A stretch of 64,000 bases of DNA from Candidatus Bathyarchaeia archaeon (GCA_038883775.1 JAVZLM010000009.1:18478-82477); one strand, 5' to 3'; shown: positions 41,025-50,281, counted from the first letter of the stretch. Program-made: numbers and translations. The notes: generated from the letters alone by a model not told the origin.

Positions 41025-41864
41025 CTAGCTCAATTTTTCTGGAGGATTAGCAAGCTTTGCTTCTGGATGAACCGAAATGGTTTCGGAATACTTCACTTTC
41101 CCCTTGACAACGCATCCTTTGCCTATAGTCACATCTTTTCCGTAAACATTTTCACAGCAAACATTTTCCAAATACACCATTTCCTTCGCTGTGATATTCG
41201 TTGTGTAAAGCTTTCCATCATGAAAAATTTTTCCAACAATTGGTATGCCAAAAATAATCAAACCTTCAGCTCCTCTGCTTTTTACGTTAACATTAACAGC
41301 TTCAATACCGTTCCTTACATGGGATTCATGTCTACTTAATTCTGCTTCAAATCTGGTAGTGACAACTTTTCCATCCACAGTAAATGCGCCGTGAAGCTCA
41401 ACAAAATTTTTTGTTTCCACATTTCCTAAGGCTTTGAATAAACCATGCGCTTGCAAAGCATCTTCCAAAGTAATCCGCTTACCTATTTTGCAGGACCCAG
41501 CAGCCTTCAGCAAAGAACCTTTTACTTCTCCGCCAACTGAAATGCTTCCAGAAGCAGACAAACTTTTAACATTCACATCACCAGCTATGGAAGAAGAACC
41601 CGAAAAGCTCATCTCTTCCGCTTCAATGTTCCCTTCAATGGAGACAATCCCAGCACAATTTACTCTTCTAACCTTCAATCCGCCGGGTATGCTTGCGCTC
41701 CCGCTGATTTTTATTTCTTCTGGGGAAACAATGCCAGAACCCGAGATGCGGATGTCACCTATTCCTTCAATGTGCACTTTTTCAGAGCCGCCTACACGTG
41801 TTGTTGGGATGGCTGTTTCCCGAAGTTTTTTCTCATACTCTTTCATTTTTTCTTCTCCGCTCAA
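41025..41864 (-). CDS. Polymer-forming cytoskeletal protein (bactofilin-like beta-helix, YhbE/YhbF type)
   Basis: Repeated ISGS-x-x-I-x-G / GDV-x-x-K-x-L turns, C-terminal VYGKDVTIGKGC.V.G.V.Y; GGAGG RBS. Confidence 0.78.
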   Translation of the reverse strand: MSGEEKMKEYEKKLRETAIPTTRVGGSEKVHIEGIGDIRISGSGIVSPEEIKISGSASIPGGLKVRRVNCAGIVSIEGNIEAEEMSFSGSSSIAGDVNVKSLSASGSISVGGEVKGSLLKAAGSCKIGKRITLEDALQAHGLFKALGNVETKNFVELHGAFTVDGKVVTTRFEAELSRHESHVRNGIEAVNVNVKSRGAEGLIIFGIPIVGKIFHDGKLYTTNITAKEMVYLENVCCENVYGKDVTIGKGCVVKGKVKYSETISVHPEAKLANPPEKLS

Positions 41865-41878
41865 GTTTTTTGCCTCCT

Positions 41879-42013
41879 TTATTCGAATCCTCCAGCGGTT
41901 TTCAGCAAATCCCTTATTTCCACTAACAATTTTTTCATTTCTTTCAAGCGCTTCTCTGTTTCCTTTACCACATCTTCATCGGAAAACTTGAGGTATTTCA
42001 GCTCTTTTGCCAT
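41879..42013 (-). CDS. 44-aa helical peptide MAKELKYLKFSDEDVVKETEKRLKEMKKLLVEIRDLLKTAGGFE (absent from ORF track)
   Basis: GGTGA RBS before ATG, fills the gap between 42028 and 41864, amphipathic helix. Confidence 0.7.
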   Translation of the reverse strand: MAKELKYLKFSDEDVVKETEKRLKEMKKLLVEIRDLLKTAGGFE

Positions 42014-42027
42014 AAAGCTCACCTTCA

Positions 42028-42357
42028 CTATTCTTGCGCTGATTTTAACACATCCTTAATTTCTCTTAGAACTTCAATAATGTCGTCTAGCTCTTCAAGG
42101 GTTGCCCTCTGATGGGCTCGCAAAAGGTTTAGCTTTTCCCTTTCTGAGGGTTTAATGGTTTCAGAAGGTGTTTCCTCGCTTCCTATAGCTATGCCAATAA
42201 TCGCTAAGATTCCGGCAACTATTAGGGCTAATAGGGCTATAATTCCGGCGATAAGAGCGTTAAATTGGTACATTACTGAGAAGTATATGCAAACTGTGGG
42301 CACTCCAAAGCCTATTAAGATTATGCATAAAGCAGTCAAAAGGGAAGTCCTAACCAT
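42028..42357 (-). CDS. Two-TM membrane protein with cytoplasmic coiled-coil tail
   Basis: Two TMs then ...LDDIIEVLREIKDVLKSAQE; overlaps the ArsR stop. Confidence 0.75.
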   Translation of the reverse strand: MVRTSLLTALCIILIGFGVPTVCIYFSVMYQFNALIAGIIALLALIVAGILAIIGIAIGSEETPSETIKPSEREKLNLLRAHQRATLEELDDIIEVLREIKDVLKSAQE

Positions 42358-42673
42358 TGTTTTGTTCCTCCCTCTTTTTGAAAACTTTATGGATTTCTGC
42401 TGGAGTTAATACAACTTTGAAATCGGAAGGTGCATAATATTTCACTGTTGGCAATCCTTCTGCTTTTCTTTCTTCTCTTATTTCTTTCACCAAACCAAGC
42501 TTTTTCAAACCGTCAAGGTGAAGATAAGCCAATGGGTATGGAAGATTAAGCTCTTTGGCCAAAACGTAAACATTTTTTGGCTTTTCATAAAGTGAGGCAA
42601 CCATTTTCAGTCTTACAGGGTTTGCTAAGGCTTTCAACATTTTCACCATTTCTTTACTTTTATTTTCATTCAA
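42350..42673 (-). CDS. ArsR-family transcriptional regulator
   Basis: LKALANPVRLKM...LAKEL..PYPLAYLHL..LKKLGLV. Confidence 0.85.
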   Translation of the reverse strand: MNENKSKEMVKMLKALANPVRLKMVASLYEKPKNVYVLAKELNLPYPLAYLHLDGLKKLGLVKEIREERKAEGLPTVKYYAPSDFKVVLTPAEIHKVFKKREEQNNG

Positions 42674-42744
42674 TGAGTTCTCCTCAACGGCAACGAAAAA
42701 ATATATAAAAAATTTCTTATATATAAGTTTTTTCTGATATACAC

Positions 42745-43278
42745 TTAAAGATTATTTCTTCTAAGATTTAAAATTCTAAAACCCGCATAAGGTTGAAGGG
42801 AAGGAATATCTGCTGTTGTTTTGTATTGTTGGCTGCGCAGTCCCAAAGATATTTCTATAAACTCTTTTAGGGTAGAGTTGGCAAATTCCAATGTAGGTCT
42901 TCCATAAGTAAGACCGTTACATGTGGAATCGGCATATATGAAAAGCGTTTTTCCGCCAAATTCATAAGCAGCTTCCCTTGCGTATCCAAAATCTGGTTTT
43001 CCCAAAATTTTGAAAGGCCAAAGCTTGCATGCTTTTGGTTTCATATGCTGCAGTCCACATATGTGCATGTTTGAGAGGTTGTATAGGAAAATGCATGAAC
43101 CGTCGCTTCTTCTTTTTATAAACAGCTTATTTAAGCCTGAAACAGTTTTGTCTACGCCGTAATTGTTTACAATTTTTAACCATTCCTGAAAGTTTAGAAC
43201 GACACTGTAGGCTTTGCAACATAAACCACATGCTTTGCATTTCCAATCTGCAATGTACTGCCATGGAACGAACAGCAT
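42745..43278 (-). CDS. YkgJ-family cysteine-cluster protein
   Basis: CKACGLCC, CIFL, C....KPKACKLWPF. Confidence 0.85.
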   Translation of the reverse strand: MLFVPWQYIADWKCKACGLCCKAYSVVLNFQEWLKIVNNYGVDKTVSGLNKLFIKRRSDGSCIFLYNLSNMHICGLQHMKPKACKLWPFKILGKPDFGYAREAAYEFGGKTLFIYADSTCNGLTYGRPTLEFANSTLKEFIEISLGLRSQQYKTTADIPSLQPYAGFRILNLRRNNL

Positions 43279-43330
43279 ATTCTGACTACACGCTCTTCAA
43301 TAAAATTTCAAAAATTATTTTCTCTTAAAA

Positions 43331-43747
43331 TCATTTTGCAAAATTTTCCAGTTTTTCAGCAAATTCTATGGGAAACTGGGTGGCCTTCCACGTTTTCTTA
43401 TCTAAAGCTACTATAACCACATAACCATTTGCTAACAAAGCTCCAGACTCCTTATTGAACACTCTAAAACCATATTTCACAGATTTTTCCCTTAACTCCT
43501 CAACCGTTAATTCCACTTCAAGCAGATCATTAAATCTTGCTGGTCTTTTATACTGACAAAAAGCCTCAACCCTAGGAAATAATAGTCCTTTCTCTGCTGC
43601 GTCATTAAAACTGAATCCCAAATGTCTATAAAATTCCTCTTCGGTCCTCTCGAAGAATCTGAAATAGTTGGAATAATGCACAATTTGGGCGGAATCCGTG
43701 TCCACCCATGTGACTCTAAAAGAAGTTTTGAAAGATGAAGACGCCAT
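43331..43747 (-). CDS. Acyl-CoA thioesterase (YbgC/4HBT hot-dog family)
   Basis: RV.W.DTDSAQIVHYSNY..FFE, Y.RPARF.D. Confidence 0.88.
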   Translation of the reverse strand: MASSSFKTSFRVTWVDTDSAQIVHYSNYFRFFERTEEEFYRHLGFSFNDAAEKGLLFPRVEAFCQYKRPARFNDLLEVELTVEELREKSVKYGFRVFNKESGALLANGYVVIVALDKKTWKATQFPIEFAEKLENFAK

Positions 43748-43773
43748 AAGTTTTCACCTGTTAGCGTGAAAAT

Positions 43774-44250
43774 CTAAACTTTCCTATATAGATAGAGCGT
43801 GTGGGATGGATACCCTAAAGTTTGGTTCTCACAAAAGTTTACAACTTTGACGGGTTTCCACCCAACAATTTCATAATCATGAGAAACAACCCGGGCTCCA
43901 GGTCTAAGTTCAGACTCAAGTTTCGGCTTAATCTTCTCATTTGCACTTGTCGTTAAATAGAGGAAAACAACATCAGCTGATGTCAAGTCTACATGGAACA
44001 TGTCACCGTTCACTATTGTAACTTTGTCTTGAAGTCCCTGCTCGTAAACAGCGCTTAGAGCTTTCTTCACAAGGTCTTCTCTCAATTCTACGCCTACGGC
44101 TCTTGCGCCAAAGTCTTTTGCAGCCATTATGACTGCCCTGCCATCTCCAGCGCCTAAGTCAAAGAAAATCTCTCTTGGTTTTAATTCGGCCAAGATAAGC
44201 ATTTGACGGATTACTTGTGGGGGGCTTGGAACATAGGGGGCTATATACAT
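43774..44250 (-). CDS. SAM-dependent protein-lysine methyltransferase (aKMT-like)
   Basis: PYVPSP, DLGAGDGR, GVEL, LKPKLE-like KIKPKLESELRPGARVVSHDY, matching Sulfolobales aKMT as recalled. Confidence 0.8.
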   Translation of the reverse strand: MYIAPYVPSPPQVIRQMLILAELKPREIFFDLGAGDGRAVIMAAKDFGARAVGVELREDLVKKALSAVYEQGLQDKVTIVNGDMFHVDLTSADVVFLYLTTSANEKIKPKLESELRPGARVVSHDYEIVGWKPVKVVNFCENQTLGYPSHTLYLYRKV

Positions 44251-44330
44251 TTATGAAACCTCTTTTTATGCGTAAGTTAGCGTTTTCTGTTAAATCAAAA
44301 TGTTTTGGTTCTTTTAAAGACTTTTGCATC

Positions 44331-44657
44331 TTAAGCGACATAGGTGGCTTTTTTAGGTGTTGGTCTTCTGGCTTCCCCACATTTCATGCAACTTTGAGTA
44401 CACAATTCCAAATATTTTCCTTCATCTCCAGAGCCAACGCTTTCTGAAGCCTTGCGGCATAGCGCACTTGCCTCTTCGCATCCACGTTCCTCACAGAGTT
44501 TTGAAACGTATTGGCAGATTTCTTGTACATCTTTTGGTTCTAATACGGCTCTGTTGGTGCGGATGAGTAGGCATATTTCTCTGGCTAAAACGCATGTTTG
44601 AATGTATTTAATTCTTTCAAGAACTTCTTCCCGCAATCGTTTACGGCTTATTTCCAA
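44331..44657 (-). CDS. Cysteine-rich helical hypothetical protein
   Basis: Nine Cys along predicted helices (C..C spacing); TTG start after GGAG (track start 44678). Confidence 0.65.
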   Translation of the reverse strand: MEISRKRLREEVLERIKYIQTCVLAREICLLIRTNRAVLEPKDVQEICQYVSKLCEERGCEEASALCRKASESVGSGDEGKYLELCTQSCMKCGEARRPTPKKATYVA

Positions 44658-44744
44658 ATCATCATTTCTCCTTAACAATTGGTAAGCGAGTGTTTAGGCA
44701 CATTAAAGCAGCCCTTCATTTAAAAGTTGCTATACCATTCTGAG

Positions 44745-47624
44745 TTACCAGAATCTTTTGGTAAGGGCTTTCCTTTCTGCCTCCAAAACAAGCTCATAAA
44801 ATTTGTCGCTAAGCTTTTTCTCTTCTTCAAGAACTTCTTTAACGTCTGATGGTTGAACTTTTCTTGCACAGAGGGCAATGGCAGCGGCTTTTCCATACTT
44901 TGCCATTAGCTGAGCCGTTTGTAATGCTTGTTTCTGCAGTTTCTCCTCGCTTTTTGTCAGTTTTTCACCCTTCTTTTCAATGAGCGGAAGTGCCTTCTCC
45001 TCTTCCACCTTTAGAAGCCCTATTGCTTGGGAGCCGCATCTTGGACATTTAGGCTTGTCTGGCAAGTCTTTAGCCCTTATCATTTCCATGTAATTCCAAC
45101 AGCTTGTGCATATGAAATTGCAAGTTTCATTTAGCAGTCTGGCTTTGACGGATTCGATGAGCACGGCGCGCATCCTTTCTGGGGGAATCAAATCGGTTTT
45201 CATGCTCACCCTTTCAATGCCAACCCGAGCTACAGGGGTTGCATTTCCATCAGTTTCAACTTTCTGCAGTTGAATTTCGCCCTCCCGAATTTTTTTAAGC
45301 ACAAAAACAAGCCTTTCCAAATCCAAATCCTTAGTGAAAACTTCTTTTAGGGCTTCATCAAAAATTGGCGTGTCTTCAAAACTTTTTATCAACCTCTGAA
45401 GGCTCACATTGCTAAAATCAGCCCACTTTTGGAGGGCCCCGAAACGTCTTGCCACATGAATCATTCTTCTTTTGAAAAGTCCAGTTTTCACAGTTGCCCG
45501 TTTTAAGGTTTCTCTAATCGTTTGGTCTGGCATGGCTCGCATTTCATCGAAAAGAGCTATAAGTTGGTCAGCGTTTGCGGCGCCCATGGTTTGCACAAAA
45601 ATGCGATACGGGTCGTGTTGAACAACCACGGCGTAGCCTATCTTTTCAGACAATAACTGACCAGTCAGTTGGGCGAGGGCTCTGTTCGTAAGGGAACCGA
45701 AGTTGGCGTGGATTATGACGAATTCTTCCCAGTCTTCGATTATTATTCGTTTGTCTGTTGGAACTGGAATTCCAGCGTTTACTTGTTCTATTGTTTCAGC
45801 TAAAGCCCGCAGAATCGTATCCTTGTCTGAAGGATAATTTTCACTCAATTTGGCTGCTGTTTCTTCTGGAGAAAGTCCCCTCAGCATTTGTTCTTCAACA
45901 AAGCCCCTAATTGCGCCAACTTCTTGCGCCACTTCAAAGGGCACTGGAATTTCTTCGCCTATCCAGCTTGGTATAGCGCCGGTTGGGTCGTCAACTGGTC
46001 TCACATAAACGCGTTCTTCTGAAATGTGGAGGATGCGCCATGGGCTTCCTCTGATGATGAATTTTGTTCCAGGCTTGCCATACTCCGCCATGAAGGCTTC
46101 GTCTAAAACGCCTATGGCTGTGTCGCTTGATTCGTCAACCACTAGGAATTGTTTTTCTTCTGGTATCATTGATAAATTGTCAAAGTAATATTCAAAGAGG
46201 GCTTTTGTTCTTCTGGGTTTTAGGACAACTTTGTCTTCAAAGGAGACCCATGCCAAACGTGGAAAACGCTGATGCATATACCTAAGAATTTTTTCAATGT
46301 CCTCTAATGTTAAGTCCTCGTAGGGATAGGCATTTCGGAACATTTCCAAAATCTCGCCAAATTCGAGACGCCTATTTTTCAGAAGCAAACCAGCTATCTG
46401 ATGGGCTAAGGCATCGTAGGGCTTTGGCGGAATATCCACGGGCTCCAAATCTTCTTTTAGGGCTCTTCTCGCTATGGCTAAAGCCTCAAGAGTATCATCA
46501 GAATCCATGGCAACAATTAACCCTTCAGCTATACGACCAATTCTGTGACCACTTCTGCCAACCCGCTGAATAAGCCTCGTAACTTGTCTGGGACTCATGT
46601 ATTGGATGACTAGGTCTATTCTGCCAACATCTATGCCCAATTCGAGGCTACTTGTGCAGACGAGTCCTTTAAGCTCACCTGATTTTAGGCCCCTTTCGGC
46701 TGCTATGCGGGATGGTTTGGCAAGGGAGCCGTGGTGTATGGAAACTGGGAAGTCTATGTCCCAAACTTTGAATCGGCTAGCCAAAACTTCTGATATGGCT
46801 CTTGTGTTTGTGAACAAAAGCACAGATTTATGTTTGCTCATGTATTCGCGGATTATTCGCAGTCTAGCTGCAACCTCTGGATGCGTATAAAGCTGTTCAG
46901 CAAGCTTAAAGTCTAAATCTTCTGGTTTTGGAAAAACAATTTTTAACCGCATCATTCTTGCAACTGGAACACGAACAATTTCGACGCTTCTGCCATTGCC
47001 AACAAGAAACTGCGCCACTTTCTCTGGACTGCCAATAGTAGCTGACAAACCTATTATTTGGAAGCCCCTGCCAATCATGGTTCTAAGCCTTTCTAAGGCT
47101 AGGGAAAGTTGGCTTCCTCGTTTGCTGTCAGCCATCTCATGCACTTCGTCAATTATAACCCAACGCACTTGCTGCAGATGCTGGCGCATAATCCAGCCAG
47201 ACAATATGGCTTGCAAGGTTTCTGGAGTGGTGATTAAAATGTCTGGGGGGCTTCTGGCTTGTCTTGTCCGCTCTTTTGTCTCTGTATCACCATGCCTAAC
47301 AGCCAATTTTATGTCTAAATTGTTACACCACCACTCAAGCCTCTCTAACATGTCACGGTTCAAAGCCCGCAAAGGCGTAATATATAAGACTTTTATGCCC
47401 GGAGTTCCTTGCTGCCCTTGAAGAAGCATGCTTAATATTGGAAGAAAGGCAGCTTCAGTCTTGCCCGTAGCCGTTGGCGAAATTAGCAAGACATTTTTTC
47501 CTTCAAGAATTTTTGGTATAGTTTTCTCTTGAGGTTCTGTTGGTTTAGAGAATCCCCTCTGCTCAATGAGCCTTCGAATGGGCTTAACAAGCAAGTTAAA
47601 AGCGTTTTTCGGGTGGTCTTTCAA
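44745..47624 (-). CDS. lhr: Lhr-family DEAD/H helicase with C-terminal zinc finger
   Basis: PTATGKTEAA, ITPLRAL, TTPETL, DEVH, GLSAT, HHGSL, TSSLELGID, QRVGRSGH; CTSC...CPRC; TTG start after GAGG. Confidence 0.92.
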   Translation of the reverse strand: MKDHPKNAFNLLVKPIRRLIEQRGFSKPTEPQEKTIPKILEGKNVLLISPTATGKTEAAFLPILSMLLQGQQGTPGIKVLYITPLRALNRDMLERLEWWCNNLDIKLAVRHGDTETKERTRQARSPPDILITTPETLQAILSGWIMRQHLQQVRWVIIDEVHEMADSKRGSQLSLALERLRTMIGRGFQIIGLSATIGSPEKVAQFLVGNGRSVEIVRVPVARMMRLKIVFPKPEDLDFKLAEQLYTHPEVAARLRIIREYMSKHKSVLLFTNTRAISEVLASRFKVWDIDFPVSIHHGSLAKPSRIAAERGLKSGELKGLVCTSSLELGIDVGRIDLVIQYMSPRQVTRLIQRVGRSGHRIGRIAEGLIVAMDSDDTLEALAIARRALKEDLEPVDIPPKPYDALAHQIAGLLLKNRRLEFGEILEMFRNAYPYEDLTLEDIEKILRYMHQRFPRLAWVSFEDKVVLKPRRTKALFEYYFDNLSMIPEEKQFLVVDESSDTAIGVLDEAFMAEYGKPGTKFIIRGSPWRILHISEERVYVRPVDDPTGAIPSWIGEEIPVPFEVAQEVGAIRGFVEEQMLRGLSPEETAAKLSENYPSDKDTILRALAETIEQVNAGIPVPTDKRIIIEDWEEFVIIHANFGSLTNRALAQLTGQLLSEKIGYAVVVQHDPYRIFVQTMGAANADQLIALFDEMRAMPDQTIRETLKRATVKTGLFKRRMIHVARRFGALQKWADFSNVSLQRLIKSFEDTPIFDEALKEVFTKDLDLERLVFVLKKIREGEIQLQKVETDGNATPVARVGIERVSMKTDLIPPERMRAVLIESVKARLLNETCNFICTSCWNYMEMIRAKDLPDKPKCPRCGSQAIGLLKVEEEKALPLIEKKGEKLTKSEEKLQKQALQTAQLMAKYGKAAAIALCARKVQPSDVKEVLEEEKKLSDKFYELVLEAERKALTKRFW

Positions 47625-47737
47625 GCCTGGTTGAACCTCGAATGCTAAAGAATAAGCATAAAACCATAAGTAAAAGCATTTTGGAAAACACTTCAAATAG
47701 CTTATATTCGCTTTTCATCCTAATAAAGAAGGGAAGA

Positions 47738-48253
47738 ATGTCGTCAACTAAAAAGAAGAGAAAAACCAAGAAAAAAGTTCGAAAAAGGAAGATGCAAATC
47801 GAAATAAGACAGATGACGCTTGAAGACCTTTCAGAAGTTTGGCATCTAGGCGAGAAAATATTTACGCCATCAAGTTTGCAGTTCACTTATAGAACATGGA
47901 ACATCAACGAACTACTGTCCTACTTCTACAGCGACCAAGAACTCTGCCTAGTAGCCGAAAACACAAGTTCAAAGAAAATTGTAGGATTCGCTCTAGGAAC
48001 AATATTAAAGCGTCCCTTCAGCCCATGGACATATGGTTATTTCGTTTGGGCTGGAGTGCAAAAAATGAAGCAAAGAAGCGGTGTTGGAAGAAGATTGTAT
48101 AAAGAGTTAGAGAAGCGGTTCAAGGATAAGGGTGCCCGTATTGTGATAGTTGATGTGGAAAGCAACAATCAAGCAGGCACTAATTACCTTAAGAAATTAG
48201 GGTTTAAAGAATCCCAATCTTATATATGGTACTCAAAGAATATAGAACAATAA
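47738..48253 (+). CDS. GNAT-family N-acetyltransferase
   Basis: IRQMT.ED, KIVGF, QRSGVGRRL acetyl-CoA motif, N..G..Y.KKLGF; start 47738 or 47792. Confidence 0.85.
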   Translation: MSSTKKKRKTKKKVRKRKMQIEIRQMTLEDLSEVWHLGEKIFTPSSLQFTYRTWNINELLSYFYSDQELCLVAENTSSKKIVGFALGTILKRPFSPWTYGYFVWAGVQKMKQRSGVGRRLYKELEKRFKDKGARIVIVDVESNNQAGTNYLKKLGFKESQSYIWYSKNIEQ

Positions 48254-48718
48254 AAGAGTGTTTTAGTTAGCTTATGTGTTTGTTTGATGATTTTGTCGCT
48301 TTGAATGTAAATTTCAGAATTTGCTTAATGTTGTTTTTCGTTAAATTTGTTATCGAAGCGAATTCATACATTATTAACCAATAATTTTAATATCCATTTT
48401 ACACGTGTCATCATGGCTTTTCCTTGTTATAAGCTTATTTTGATGTTCGTTAAATTTCATGTTAGCATGGTTTATGTCAAATTTAGAAGCATATTCACGG
48501 CAGATTAAGCCAAATTTTCTCTTCATTAAGCATATTCTTCCAGTTATATACGCATTTCAGGGTTTAACTTGAAAGTTTTGCGTAATATTTTCCATACTTT
48601 GTAAGGAAGATGTTTAAACTTGATGTCTAATCTGAGGTTTTCTATTCGAAAACAATGGAAAGTTTTTTATGTATCATCATATGAAACCATGAATATCGAG
48701 GATATTGGAGGAAATTAA

Positions 48719-48889
48719 ATGGCTAAATGTCCAAAATGCGGAACCGTTGTTAACACGCCCAAGAAGAAGTGGACAATGGCTGGACGCCCAGACAAATCAG
48801 GAAAGAGGATGCAGTTAGAAATAGGACTTTTCGACTGTCCAAAATGCAAGAAGCCATTCCGAGAAGTCTTAAGCAAGAAGAAAGTTTAA
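48719..48889 (+). CDS. 56-aa Cren7-like zinc-ribbon DNA-binding protein (absent from ORF track)
   Basis: MAKCPKCGTVVNTPKKKWTMAGRPDKSGKRMQLEIGLFDCPKCKKPFREVLSKKKV; P.K.W.[LM]A...IGLF.(D/C)P..G/K..FR pattern of Cren7; GGAGG RBS. Confidence 0.8.
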   Translation: MAKCPKCGTVVNTPKKKWTMAGRPDKSGKRMQLEIGLFDCPKCKKPFREVLSKKKV

Positions 48890-48914
48890 ACAGCTAAAAA
48901 CTACGGCGACTCCC

Positions 48915-49130
48915 ATGCCTAAAACTCAAACAAGAGAACACATCTGCCCAGAATGTGGAACACTCGCCAAGGAACCATACAAAACATGGGAGCTCATAGC
49001 CCCATTCCCAGACAAAAAAATGAGGATAACCCTAACAATCTTTGGCATGTATGAATGCCCAAAATGTGGCAAGAAATTCAAAGATATAGTAAGCAAAGCC
49101 AAGCTGGGCGCGGAAGGCATAGAAGTTTAG
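48915..49130 (+). CDS. Second Cren7-like zinc-ribbon protein (paralog)
   Basis: CPECG...PYKTWEL.AP.PDK....FGMYECPKCGKKF aligns with the upstream 56-aa protein. Confidence 0.75.
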   Translation: MPKTQTREHICPECGTLAKEPYKTWELIAPFPDKKMRITLTIFGMYECPKCGKKFKDIVSKAKLGAEGIEV

Positions 49131-49237
49131 GCTTTACGCTTATCTCCTCTCCCCCATTTTTCCGTTTTTCACCGTTAAGTTTTAAAACGTGAATGCCTAA
49201 ATCAACAAGAACTCTTTAACAAAGGGAAGTCCAATAA

Positions 49238-50194
49238 TTGGCAATGGAAACTCTTAAAAAACTTTGGAAAAACGAATATTTCCAAACAATCATAACCCTC
49301 ATCCTACTCATCGCATTCGTCTTCGGTTTCTGGTATATAGCTCAAACAGTATTAAGAACAGAATACCCCGCATTAGCAGTAGCTTCCCAAAGCATGCTGC
49401 CAACATTAAATGTAGGCGACCTCATAATAGTTCAAGGAGCCTCTCCAGAAGAAATAAACGCAAGCTACCTAACTGGAGATATAGTCGTTTTTAAAGATTC
49501 AAGGGGCGATCTTTTTGTTCACAGAGCCGTTAGGGTGGAAGAAATAAATGGCGAATATTGGTTCACAACAAAAGGCGATAATGTTCCAGGAGACAAAGAT
49601 CAGTTTTCACCTTGGCCATCTTCACGTCTGGTTGGAAGGGTTGTGGGAAGAATCCCTTGGATAGGTAATTTTGCTTTGATATTGCATTCGCAACAAAACA
49701 TTTACCTTTTCACAGTTTTCATTTTAATCTTAATCGTCATTTTTCTCTTTTTCCCTTTTGAAACCAGCCAAGAAGAAAAGGAAAGCGGCGAAACTTTAAT
49801 TTTTGGAATACCGCTTAAAACGATTTATCTCATAATTTTGAACATTTTTCTTATAGCTATCGTCATCTTTGGTCTTTGGGGAACCTTTACTTTTTGGAAT
49901 CCCGGCGCTGGTTCAAATGCTCAAGGCATGTACGTCACAATTTACGGAATGTTTTCTGACGTCAGCTTTCATAAAATGCATTCGCTTGAAGCCTTTCTGT
50001 CTCAAAGTTTTCTTACATACACAATTAACTGTCAATTAAGTGATGGACTGTCACAATTGCAAACTGGTGTTCCAACCTTTTCATGGAGCCAAGCTGCAAT
50101 AATCCTTCTTATAGTGTTAGATTCTTGGAATTTGGTGAAATTTTTAAGAAAACAAGGAAAGTTAAAATTTAGACGCGGAAGTGATAACGTTTAA
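49238..50194 (+). CDS. Signal peptidase I (S26B, Sec11-type) with multi-TM C-terminal extension
   Basis: SQSMLPTL.VGDL, GDIVVF, VHR, TKGDN, GRV.GRIPWIG. Confidence 0.88.
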   Translation: MAMETLKKLWKNEYFQTIITLILLIAFVFGFWYIAQTVLRTEYPALAVASQSMLPTLNVGDLIIVQGASPEEINASYLTGDIVVFKDSRGDLFVHRAVRVEEINGEYWFTTKGDNVPGDKDQFSPWPSSRLVGRVVGRIPWIGNFALILHSQQNIYLFTVFILILIVIFLFFPFETSQEEKESGETLIFGIPLKTIYLIILNIFLIAIVIFGLWGTFTFWNPGAGSNAQGMYVTIYGMFSDVSFHKMHSLEAFLSQSFLTYTINCQLSDGLSQLQTGVPTFSWSQAAIILLIVLDSWNLVKFLRKQGKLKFRRGSDNV

Positions 50195-50281
50195 AAATAT
50201 GCTTTTTACGATTTTATGGTTTGGAAAAAAGCTTTTGAAACCTAAGGCTTTATAAAGGTATTTAAGCATCCAATATGAGAA

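Noticed and set aside
41434-42059. Plus-strand ORFs of 185 and 95 aa
   Set aside because: Antisense shadows of the bactofilin operon with no recognisable motifs
48370-48530. ~50-codon minus-strand ORF in the long intergenic region
   Set aside because: No RBS or recognisable motif; compatible with chance
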